Under the pieces are notes generated by a model that was not told the origin of the DNA, did not search any database, and was given only the letters and a program-made list of their open reading frames with translations. A stretch of 55,414 bases of DNA, counting the filler, from Basidiobolus ranarum (taxonomy: Eukaryota): NCBI GenBank assembly GCA_040143965.1. It is 2 parts of 2 records of this genome, joined end to end, with 100 filler letters (N's around TTAATTAATTAA, not from the genome) between each part and the next. Parts side by side here need not be neighbours in the genome. Positions count along the whole stretch, not along the records: positions 1 to 27,757 come from JASJQH010006995.1; 1 more part is not named here. One strand, given 5' to 3'. Below are positions 1 to 11,149 of this stretch, in pieces. The stretch's first letter is position 1; every line of letters begins with the position of its first letter. The translations under genes and the position numbers were made by a program.

Positions 1-133
1 TGGCCTTGATATCAACGATAGCACCAACCTTGTAGGTCTTCAAGTAGGTTGAAAGCTTGATGGGACCATGCTTACGGAAAGACTGGGAGAACAAGTGGCG
101 AGTACGAGCGCGATAACCGAAGGAATGAGGCAT
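1..133 (-). CDS. RPL21: 60S ribosomal protein L21 (eL21), N-terminal part; continues off the window's left edge
   Basis: Reverse strand from ATG at 133 reads [44 protein letters not shown], the eL21 N-terminus. Confidence 0.95.
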   Translation of the reverse strand, partial: MPHSFGYRARTRHLFSQSFRKHGPIKLSTYLKTYKVGAIVDIKA

Positions 134-142
134 TGTTGATTA

Positions 143-262
143 CTACAAAACGAAGATTGTAGAAGCATTGATCAATATTTGAATTGATGAAAGTGAAAGA
201 ACAACACTATATTCTAATATCTCGTTGCTGTTTGATTCTAATTTTGTGAAGTGTTTCCATAC
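143..262 (-). other. Probable 5'-UTR intron of RPL21
   Basis: Minus strand CAG|GTATGG donor at 262 and TTTTGTAG acceptor ending at 143, 9 nt before the ATG. Confidence 0.6.
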
Positions 263-532
263 CTGTAAACCTACAATAGTTTCCACCTACAAAGCTCGTG
301 AAGGAGAAAAAGGAGGAATCTTCAGATCACCAAGTTCTTAGTTTTGTTCGTTCATAGGACCGAAAAAAAATTCGAGATCGCACAGGGGTCTCTCCCGAGC
401 AAAAACTTGATTCATCACCAGACAAGGGTTCTTGTTGATTTTTTTTTCAAACAAGTGACCGTCAGTTAAAAATGAAGAAGTTGGATAATGAAACCATCTT
501 TTCCCCTGGTCGGACTCAAGTAACTGCACATC

Positions 533-1329
533 ATGGCTCCTCCAAGAAACTGTATTTAGTATGAACAGGAATAGAAATATCTTCAATTATTCTTTAATCA
601 GTTTGTGTGTTGTTTCTTGATTTTGTTTGTTTTTAAATATTTCTAAGACAACCTGTTCTTATAAAGAGAATCATAGCATATTCTCTGGGCATGAACGAAT
701 AAGACAGTTTGGCTAAACGTTAATGGAAAATTAATGCAGCAGCATCGAATTTTACCGTATTCTTTTTTTCGATTTTTTTAGGCTCCAAGACCTACAAGGT
801 TCCTAGACGTCCCTTCGAGAAGGAACGTATGGATCAAGAGTTGAAGATTATCGGTGAATATGGACTCCGTAACAAGCGTGAAATTTGGAGAATCGGATAT
901 ACTCTCTCCAACATCCGTCGTGCTGCTCGTGAACTTCTTACTTTGGACGTCAAGGACACTCGTCGTCTTTTCGAAGGTAACGCTCTCATCCGTCGTCTTA
1001 TTCGTATTGGTGTTTTGGACGAATCCAAGGCCAAGCTCGATTACGTTTTGGGATTGAAGGTAGAGGACTTCTTGGAACGTCGTCTCCAAACCCAAGTTTT
1101 CAAGCTCGGTTTGGCCAAGTCTATTCACCACGCACGTGTCCTCATCAAGCAAAGACATATTCGCGTTGGTAAGCAAGTTGTCGATATTCCTTCATTCGTG
1201 GTTCGTTTGGAATCCCAGAAGCACATCGACTTTGCCTTGACTTCACCTTATGGTGGTGGTCGCGCTGGCCGTGTCAAGAGAAAGAGAATGGCTTCTGCTG
1301 GTGGTGATGCTGAAGAAGATGAGGAATAA
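533..1329 (+). CDS. RPS9: 40S ribosomal protein S9 (uS4); exons 533-551 and 782-1329
   Basis: Spliced [43 protein letters not shown]...[33 protein letters not shown]; 230-nt GT-AG intron at 552-781. Confidence 0.97.
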
Positions 1330-1810
1330 ATACATTACTATTCTTTATCCTAATCATAATCCATTCCACTCAGTTGGCTGTAGGATTGTTCTCATATGCT
1401 TGACTATCGGTTAATTTCAATAAATTATCAACTTGGCTAAATCGGTTTTCTCATAAGTCATGATTAATATGGATTGGCTCCTCTTCCCATGCATGCACAT
1501 TGCCAATAACCATAATGACATTATGTGGTATGATGCAGTTGTGGGCCGATCATACGATACTGACATGAAAAGTACTGATCCGAACATTGATACACAATTC
1601 CATTGATCTTTATATCCGTAAGGATAGTGGTTTCACCGCTAGCATACATCTAGATCCTGTTGGCTGGTGATTAGTCAAGTTTTCATGCAATTTAAAGCTA
1701 CAAGACACCCATCTATTTTTTAAACCCTATTTCTTTGGAAACTCTCCTCATCCGTTCAGAAGCATCTCTGTCCTTTACATCTTACTCCACTTTTCTTCCC
1801 TTCCCTCACC

Positions 1811-2011
1811 ATGAGTACTTTGACCGAGAAACTCTCATTGAAGTATTACCAGTACGAATTGATCACAGCTCTCTATATGTTAGAACCTTGGGAGAAGGCT
1901 TGCTTTAACACTATTGTCTTAACCGGACTATCTCTAGCGCTCTATACCACAGTGGTCTACGTGCCTGAATACGCCTCTTCAGCCATTACCAAGATGTCTG
2001 CTTACTATTAG
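1811..2011 (+). CDS. Serine palmitoyltransferase small regulatory subunit (ssSPT/SPTSSA-like), 66 aa
   Basis: Contains the YYQYELITALYMLEPWEKACFN family motif followed by a hydrophobic helix. Confidence 0.85.
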   Translation: MSTLTEKLSLKYYQYELITALYMLEPWEKACFNTIVLTGLSLALYTTVVYVPEYASSAITKMSAYY

Positions 2012-2695
2012 AGATACAACATGATACCCAAGTTTGTCGTTGCGAACTGTTGCTCATCATTACATTATTGCGAGATACTGTTATCAGAAGAGCTTTCAAG
2101 AAGTATACTATAATATCCATAATTCGAATTAAAAGAACATATACCGCTATATTGTTTCTCAGTTTTCCTTTGTCTGCAACCCAACATAATATTGTTGGTA
2201 CTTTTCAATATAGCCTTGAGGTTGTGAAGCAATAGATCTCAATATTGTGATACCAGTAAATTGGGTCATGTTCTAAGAGCTTTTTCATTGAGGGATGATT
2301 AGCAATCATTTTTTCCGAATTAAGAATGTCGAACCAGCCCACATGGATTGTACACATGTCTTAGACATCATTCAGATTGCTCCATTGATAGATACATTGA
2401 AGGAGAATGGCAGCCCAATTAATGCGTAATTAGTCTAACAAGAATATCTTGCGGTTCATGGAAATCATCGATGAGTTGATATAGCATATATTCGCTTAGG
2501 GTTAGCCTGCGAACACAAAGGAAAACCTATATTTACGTGACTTGACTAAAATATAGATCACTATTGATCTCCCATGAAATCAATTTTGCAATAGCTTGCC
2601 CTTTTTAATGATTGGGCCAGTAGTTGCGTACGATAAACAGATCAAAAAACAGAACGGGACAGTCATATCGTTGTTTGTGTTGACCAGCCTGTACT

Positions 2696-5600
2696 ATGTT
2701 CGAAGTAGAAGAGGACTGGGATTTGTTAAACGATCTTCAAGATATCGACGAGGAGGTGGATGAGGAGAGCGAAACAAAGGTATTCGACATATGGACATGT
2801 GTCACTTTCTCTTTTTTATGCACTAATATTATGCTATACAGAAAAAATGGAGCAACAAAGATTGTGTTTTGTTTGTCATCGATTGCTCACCTTCTATGTT
2901 GGAGCTTAACGAAAATAAAGAGATACCTGTACATTCCGCCTTAAAATGTATTAATTCTGTGCTGTTAGACAAGATCGTTACTAGTAATTCCGACTTGTTG
3001 GGAATTTTACTCTACGGAACAGTAAATACCTTTTTATATCTGGTTTTTATCTCCATTTTTCCGGTTCTTCTATTTACTTTTCTTAAATAGGAAGAGACCA
3101 AAAACTCTGGAGGTCTTGAAAATATATACTTACTTCAAAACCTTGAGACACCAGATGCAACAAGCATCAAAGAACTCGAAAGCTTAGTAAATGGTTGACA
3201 CTGACTTACTGCCTGACTCTCTTACTTCATATCTTTTACTCAACCTTCATATTATTACAAACCTTCAGACAAGGAGAAGTTTCTGAACACAGTTTCCTCA
3301 ACCAAAACCGAATTACCTTTGGGAAACGTTTTTTGGGCTTGCTCAAGCATTCTATCTACATGGTTAGTATGCAAATTGCCATCTAATTGTCATCCACCAA
3401 AGTGAAATACCTGACCGAGATATTAGTCAGAATGTGTCATCAAAGAGGATAATACTTATCACCAACGAAGATAACCCGAATCGTAGTAATACCGTATTAC
3501 AAAAGGCTGCAAAAACCAGAGCAAAGGTGATTTCCTCATCATTTACTGTTCATGTTGATTTGTTAACGCTTTGGTAGGATCTATACGATAGCCATGTGGA
3601 GATAGAGCTTATCAATTTGAACAAGGGTAGTGAAACATTTGACTACAATTTATTTTACAAGGTAATTCTTAACTGAGGGATGTCTCTTTCCGGTATGAAT
3701 ACCAACAGCTCGTTGCTGAACCATATTTACAGGATGTTCTAGGTGAATCTCAAATGAGTCAGAATAGCTCGCGTGCTTCAGATCAGTTTGAAAAACTTTT
3801 GACCAGAATCAAGCGTAAAGAGGCAAGAAGCCGCTCAATATTTACCACACAGTTGAAGATTACCGACGGGTTACAGATTGGTATTCGAGGGTACGTATAT
3901 ATGGCGGAACATCGCACCGTCTACCATGACTAATAACATACATCTAGCTATGCTTTGGTCGGTAACCAGCACAAAGGCTCCTACAAACTAGTCTATATGA
4001 AATCGGAAACACCAAAGCAAGTGAAAGCCATCACCCATTGGCTGTGTGCAGTGAGTTGTAAATCGGGAAATAACCCTAGAGAAGAGCTGCTTCTAACCAC
4101 TCTTCTTTCCGATTTCTCAACCCTAGGATACCACTCAGATTCTGCAGCCATCAGATTTGAAATTTTATTACGAATATGGTGGAGCTAAGGTAATACACGG
4201 CACACTCTTCACTCGAAAATAACTGCTAATGTTACTCTTTGATCTCAGGTGGTGTTCACTAGAGAGGAAATAGCTGAAATGAAAAAGTTTGGCGAGCCGG
4301 GTATAATGAAAATCACTACCTATTCCTTGAGCCAACGTGCTTTCATTCATGCTTCTTCTAGGGCTTAAGATCATAGGGTTCAAACCTCGAGATAGGTTGA
4401 AATTTCATCTAAATATCACCCACTCACTGTTTATTTATCCGGACGAAACGGTAGAGCCATCTCTTGCTCTGAGGTTCCTCTATCCTGTGAAGCTAACTAT
4501 TTGAATCCCGCAGCAATACAAAGGTAGTACATGCGTGTTCACCTCATTCTTACTCAAGATGAGTGAGATGAATCAGGTTGGGATTTGCAGCTTCATTCCG
4601 CGCAAAAATACTGCACCCAGATTTGTGGCAATGGTTCCGCAGGTAAAACCATTTGTTTACGTAAAAATTCGAAATCCCCAGAACTGATATTGCCTTGGCT
4701 GTTAGATGGAGATCAACGACGAATTAGGACAAAGTACTCCACCCGGATTCCACCTTATCCCCCTACCATTTGCTGATGATATCAGACCAGTTACGGTGAA
4801 AACGGGAGAAAGAGGTAGGATTCTCTATCGTTTATCGATTTCTCGTGGTCTAACGTTTATTTCGTAGCATCCGAGGCTGAGATCGATGCTGCTAAGGAGA
4901 TTGTTTCCAAGATATCCATTGCAGAAGGATACCATCCAAGAAACTATCCAAACCCAGGTACCGAATCACATGCTGTCCATATCACTCCAAAGGTTGATTA
5001 ACAGTAATATTTTAGCATTACAGAGGCACTACATGAGTCTGCAGTCCATAGCCCTCGAGAGAGATTTGGAAGAAGAACTAGTTGATCACACACTTCCTGA
5101 TGCAGATATGATTCACGACGTAAGAATATGTTCAATTACTCTTGCTCTTCAACCTCGAATAATCAATCTATGAATGGGATTTCAGCGTGTGGGAGATTCT
5201 GTTCAGATGTTCAAACAAATTTTAGGTGTGGACGACTTCAATGCTGTAGCCCCAGTATTGCCACCCAAGCGTCGGGTAAATATATCGTCTTCGTAAGTGG
5301 TTTCTCATGAATATTTTCATTTACGTTCATCTAGGCACCTAGTAATAGTGAGAATCAAAATAAAAGAATTAGAAAAGACGACAACGATTCGGGATTAATC
5401 GAGTCTTTGTATCAGCAAGGAAAGGTAAAGTATAATGTTCCCCAGTTTCTTCAGCCAAGTACGTCACTAATCGATCTTCCCCGACTCTTTCATTTGGCAT
5501 TTCTTTAGTTGAAAAAGGTTAGCATATACATCATTTGCCTCGTATTTACTGAAGATTCCTGAAATGACTAATACTCCTTCCACCTGAACATCCAGCTTCT

Positions 5601-5706
5601 CAAAGCAGAATTACTGAATTACCTGGAGTCAATAGGGATTCACGGAAAAGGCACCAAACCTCAGTTAATCGAACTAATCGAGAATCACCTAAAATCACTT
5701 GAATAA
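2696..5706 (+). CDS. KU70: Ku70 DNA end-binding protein, many exons, C-terminal SAP domain
   Basis: Exons give KDCVLFVIDCSPSM, DLLGILLYGT, KRIILITNEDNP, LKIIGFKP, PPGFHLIPLPFADDIR, NPALQRHY, and the SAP-like GKLKKLLKAELLNYLESIGIHGKGTKPQLIELIENHL; stop TAA at 5704-5706. Confidence 0.93.
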
Positions 5707-5970
5707 AAATTTAATGAGAATTGTATGTTGTGTGTGTGTATGCTATGAGCATTTCAACAATTTTATTACAGACATATTGTGACAGTTTAACTGATTAAAG
5801 AAACTCTTCCCCAATGATTATATGGTTACATACAAATAAATCTAGAAGTAGAAAGAATAAATATAAAGAGGACAACTGGTACAACATGTGTGTGGTAATT
5901 TCGAGTAGATTCACTTCTACTGTTTTCAACCAGATATTCCAAAGGTGAGAACGACGCTGTGGGAAACCTT

Positions 5971-6319
5971 TTAAGCACCACCACTTTAAAAATTCAAGTG
6001 ACAAAATAAGTTAGTTATCCAATGCTCAACAATACACTGATAAAATCAAAGAAAATACTTACACAATGATGTTGTTGATAGGGATGTGAACCAACTTGAC
6101 GAAGTAACCGATGAAACCCATCAATAAGAAACCGATGGCAACTGCTTGAGTGATTTTCAAAAATTCTAACGAAAAATTCCATTAGTATCATACATCAGAT
6201 GAGTTAAACCTTTTCAACTCTCTACCTTTTTCATCGGGTTTGGTACATTTGTGAAGGAGTTGAATACACTCCTTTGCAAATTGCTTTGGCTCTTCGAGTA
6301 AATTGTTTAACTGATCCAT
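5971..6319 (-). CDS. SSS1: Protein translocon Sec61 gamma subunit, 3 exons
   Basis: Spliced [69 protein letters not shown]. Confidence 0.95.
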
Positions 6320-7404
6320 ATGGAGGGTTTACCAGAAGGAATACGAGCCGTTGGCAAGTTAGAATCCCTTCATTTAACCGATTCTCTATTGCTCATTCAT
6401 AGGTTGATAATTGGTTCAATACTATCCTACTAATAATACCACTCCAATAGATTGTGATATTAAAAAGGGCTATTTTATCGGTATTTAGGATATTTTTTTG
6501 ATGAATTTTGGGAAATAGAATTTATCATCGAAACCTTCCAAGTAAATCACATCTGATTGGATGATAATATGGGCCCAATTTTGATTGTATTATCTGGAAA
6601 TATTCATGGTTGTATGGGAGATAAAATTGGAAGATTTGGGGGGATGTTTTTATGTTAGGAAAGATGCTCTAGCTATAGTCAATCACTGTTAATGAAATAC
6701 TCAGCAAGTCAGTGAATTATACGATTGGTAAAAATTCATATGAATATCACGCTTATGATTGGATAAAATATTATATGGTAATAATTGTAACTGGACGGAA
6801 TTTTTACTTAAATCACCATCATATCGAGTGATTTTTATATGCTTGTTATTGGTTCAATGGGTGTATTTTTGATGCCTTAAGGTTTATCCAATCATCGGTT
6901 AATATCATGATGATTCTTAATGTTAGTAGTACTGTGTTAGATTAACTACTGGCATAGCCTCTCTTGGTTGGTTCATGCCGAATACTTTATCACTGCACCA
7001 CCTACTCTTACAAATGTGGTTCAGCTTCCCTTGTAGCGATCGAACACAGTTGCTAGACAAGGGTTAATTCATAGTAGGCTCATATGATCCGCACATAAAA
7101 TCAATGAAGCTCCAATCAAAGTCAATATATGGGTGGACCATTCATAGAATCCATATACGTGAATCAATGGTGGGTTCCGAAATCAAAATATTTACTACAA
7201 TCGTTTTATTCAGAAATCAAGTTAATATACTGAACTCGAGCGATGTCATATGTATTCAGGATGTGAATGGAAAGATACGTAATACATATATTCGTGATAA
7301 TACCAAGCTTTATCTTATGGCTAAGATCAGAAGGAATACACCATTGGACATAGAGTATGCTAAAGCACACTGTGCCTGCACCAAGTCTCAAATGAATACT
7401 TCAC

Positions 7405-9151
7405 TTAGTCTCCACCTAATCTAAGGGTCTCTAAACTGAGTCCCGCTGTCTCATCAGGTTTAATTCCAAAATGCTTCACCTGCTTTAGGTGTTTCAGTAC
7501 GAAGCTGACGGGAGAATCGGTAGTCTCCTTTAACTGCTGGTAGAGTTGTAGCGGTTTTTCCTCAGGGGTGAGTACTCTCTCTGTTGATATCATCGAGTAA
7601 GATGGTTACGAAAACATTCAACAGTAAATGAATCAAGTGACAGGAATTCCTACCAGTATTTCCAAAACAAACTACAAGGCAATAGTTCTTCCAATCATCA
7701 TGAATTTTGTATTTCTTAAGTGCTCCAGCAATAACTTTCCGACATGGATCATCAAGGGAGATTCGGAAGCTTTTGTAGGCTTCGTTTGCTCGGTCCAGCA
7801 TCTTGTCACTATACACCCGAATTGCTCCTTCCCCTGCGCTCTCTGTATGATGGGGGCTGTATCCAGGTGGATGCGTATTATACTAAAAGGGGTGAATGCA
7901 GGTAAGTCGCTTCTCTACTGTGACAATAAATACTTAGCTACAAAGAAAATCACTCACCCCTGAACCATTATCACTGTAAGATGGTCGAGGTTGGCCGTAA
8001 CCCAAATGGCTGCCCGAAGAGTGGCTCTCGCATGGAGATCCTGGTGAAGGTGGAGTATGTGAAGTTTCCAGATGAGATCTTTGATTGGAGTGTTTAGACA
8101 CAGGTAACCCAGGGGATGTATTCCCTATAGGTTTACTGTGATTTGAGCCGCCCAGGAATTTCGTGATAATTGGTGCTGGTCGTTTGTGGGATGTGTTTTG
8201 CTCTTTCTTCTAAAAATCGACAATGATGTCCAAGTTGAGTTGGCAAAGCAGGAAGAACACAAAGCTTAAGTATAATGATAAATACTTTATCCGACTGTAC
8301 CAGTTTCCATACTGGCCTTAATTCTTCTCTCAGCGTTGCTAAATCACTTGTCAGACCGCCGATTTCTTGCTGCAAGCTTTGAATCAGTATGTCTAAGAGA
8401 TTTCATTACTGCTCATTTGATAGAGTTCCTAGTCAAGAGAGTGTATTTCATATGTACCTCGATCCTTTAAAGCGGCATGAAATTTGCGATATTCTTCAGA
8501 ATAGTTTCCACCTTCGTCGTCATGCTATTTGTGTTAAGTCATAAAATAGAAAATAGATGTAAATAAAAGATCAATTCAATCTCGATAAAATCAACCAAAC
8601 GTAGATGTATATTTCCGTTCAAAAATTCTGGAGGAAGCTCAACTTTTCAAGAACTTACCAAGTCATATTCCACGGCTAAATATCGGTTATAGATTCATCC
8701 AGGTATATGGAGGAAAGAGTAATAGAATGTTAGAGGGTGTTTATAGAGTTGGCGCCAAAGTAGCTGTTACTTTGAAGCCCAGTGGACGAGCCAAAAATCT
8801 CAAGCTTTGAGAACTTACAAGGGGAAATGTAGTCATCAGGTTCGATGGGGATCTGATGCTCTGTCTTAAGTCGATATATAGCTTTTAGTAATCGTAATCG
8901 TTTTCCAACCGAGCGGATGGTCAATTCTTTTAAGGCGACGTGGTCGAGGTGCAGAAGGATAGAGCCAGTGATAACATTATCTTTTGTCAGGTAATAAAAA
9001 AAAGTTTCAAACGTAGGGAGGTTAGAAAGAGAGAGAGATTTGTTATGGGCTTGAATAAATCACCTCTAAATGGTATCTCGTAAGTTTCATAGCCTATTGT
9101 ACACAACCATTTACATACTTCTTTTACTCCCCAATTCGTCACGTAATCCAT
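7405..9151 (-). CDS. STE50: Ste50/Ste4(S. pombe)-like MAPK adaptor: SAM domain, coiled coil and RA domain
   Basis: SAM: MDYVTNWGVKEVCKWL...ITGSILLHLDHVALKELTIRSVGKRLRLLKAI. Coiled coil: LQQEIGGLTSDLATLREELRPV. RA: YKSFRISLDDPCRKVIAGALKKYKIHDDWKNYCL...ERVLTPEEKPLQLYQQL. Confidence 0.85.
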
Positions 9152-11149
9152 GCTTGTGGCACTGAGATTTCAACTATGAAATTATGAAATATAGGATTTG
9201 ACTTCTTACTATATACTTTAAAGAAAGAGCAAGCAATTTGTAGAGATCTTAATGAAGAAATGTGATATTGAATAAGCACTATTAGTAGAGGGATCAGGCA
9301 GGTACACGTACGGTTATTTTTCAAAGTTATCGAAGTAAGGGTAGGCTCGCATTTCTTATTTCAATATGATTGTCACTAAACGCCAACCGGGAAGCTAGCC
9401 CGTGATAGTCAGATGAATTTAGTGACAAAAAACAAAGCAAACTATTTTGACGTTGATTTTCAAGCACCTATAAAAAGCATTATCAATCCCTTAACTGATT
9501 TAAGAAACATTAATGTTCGGGGGCTATTGGCTCTTGTAGAGACAACAAGTGATATAGACCAATATTGAAAGGGGATTTTCAGTAGTATGATGTATGTTTC
9601 ATAACTGGCACAAACCATCTTCGCTGTGGTAAGCAGTGACGAGATATACTGGTGACCTTTTCGGACAAAGGTGGTTGATTCGTGCCATCATCAGTTTGTA
9701 TGTTTTCTCCAACTGAACAATTGATTTGCGTTCAATTGAAATGGTGGATTCATCTATATTCTTCAGCTAGGAATCCAAGATATCAATGCAAGAATGTACA
9801 CTACCAAAAGGGGCATTAATCCGAAGCCCTCTGGGCGCTATTTTTTGGGCATCAAGTAAACATTGATAATCGTTTGAGACAGAGGATCAGAATATGCTCT
9901 GTTTGTTGGCCCTGAACTAAAATATGCGATCGAAATTTGTAGTCGAGATAAATCCATCTGAGATGATAAGACAAGGATAGATAAGGCCTAAACATAGCGA
10001 TACCGAGTTATACGTCTACCTTCATGGCCTTAGAAGCTTTCACGTATTAGCTGACCACCCTTAGCTATACTGATAAGATAAAGCTTGAGTAAAGATTGGA
10101 CGTTCCTTCTAAATGATTATCTGAGTAGACTATAAAAGATACATAGATAACTATGGTCAGAGTAAAATTAACCAAGCTGGTTCATATCGTTTTCTGAAGA
10201 ATGTATGCTAATACAAGTGCTCGCTGGCTGAAGAGGTTCGCTATTTCCCACTCAAAATGGGCGCCAACGGATTTCATCATTAGCCTTATCAGAAGTTAAA
10301 TTTATAGTACCGTTTAGAGAGAGAGAAACTCCAAATCAACACTAACAATAAATTCGATATCAAAGATCTATAGTACATTGCAACTACGAACACACCAAAG
10401 CTTGATAATACCCATTTACGAATTAGTGCCAAAAGTACTTATACTGGATAGAAGTAACTAGTCATGAGGAACATGCTTTGTGTCGGTATTAGGGTAGTAT
10501 AAGTTTATACATGGAAGCATAGTTTACAATCTAACACATCATTCGTCTAATTTGCTATAGTTGGCGTAGTATACTTCCTCTGAACAAATGGTATAGCCGC
10601 TTTGCTTTTTGGAGCTCAACACATCCACGGAAGTCACTGGTAGGTACTACCATAATATGACAAGTTCCATATCTCATGTTCAGATTTATAGTGGATTGTT
10701 CCATTAGGAAAAGCTGAACAGTTCTTGAGAGCCTTCAGTAATAAAGGAGGTGATGAGTGTCAATTGCTTTCAAATGGTGCCATTCATTATTGTATGAAAT
10801 ATCTAGCCTTGAAGATTGATAATAGCGAAAGTATCAACGTAGTGTACGATATTTGGCAGGTACCTCACACAGATATCAGTGCTCAATCAACCTTCGAATT
10901 AGAATAAAAACTGCTTTATCAATCATCAATCAAACAAACACAGTTTAATGATAATTCTCATGACAATCCATACTGTAGTCATGAGTGAGACGTAGCTATA
11001 CTATGTGAAATGATGAGAGCCGAGATATTCATTGATTTTAATTACATACAAGCAGCAATTAACAGCAAAGGAAAAATGCCGCAGAAAAACTATTGAACTT
11101 CGCTGGCAAAGTATATATGCGCATGTATCTAGAGTCAAAGGGTATGATG

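Noticed and set aside
778..1176. 132-aa antisense ORF over RPS9 (likewise 40826-41179 over RPL24, and ORFs overlapping CHS4, PMT and PRX)
   Set aside because: Shadow ORFs of codon-biased real genes; no independent features.
10200..10300. SARWLKRF resembling a pogo/Tc5 transposase HTH motif
   Set aside because: Only a few residues match; no DDE domain or terminal inverted repeats seen.
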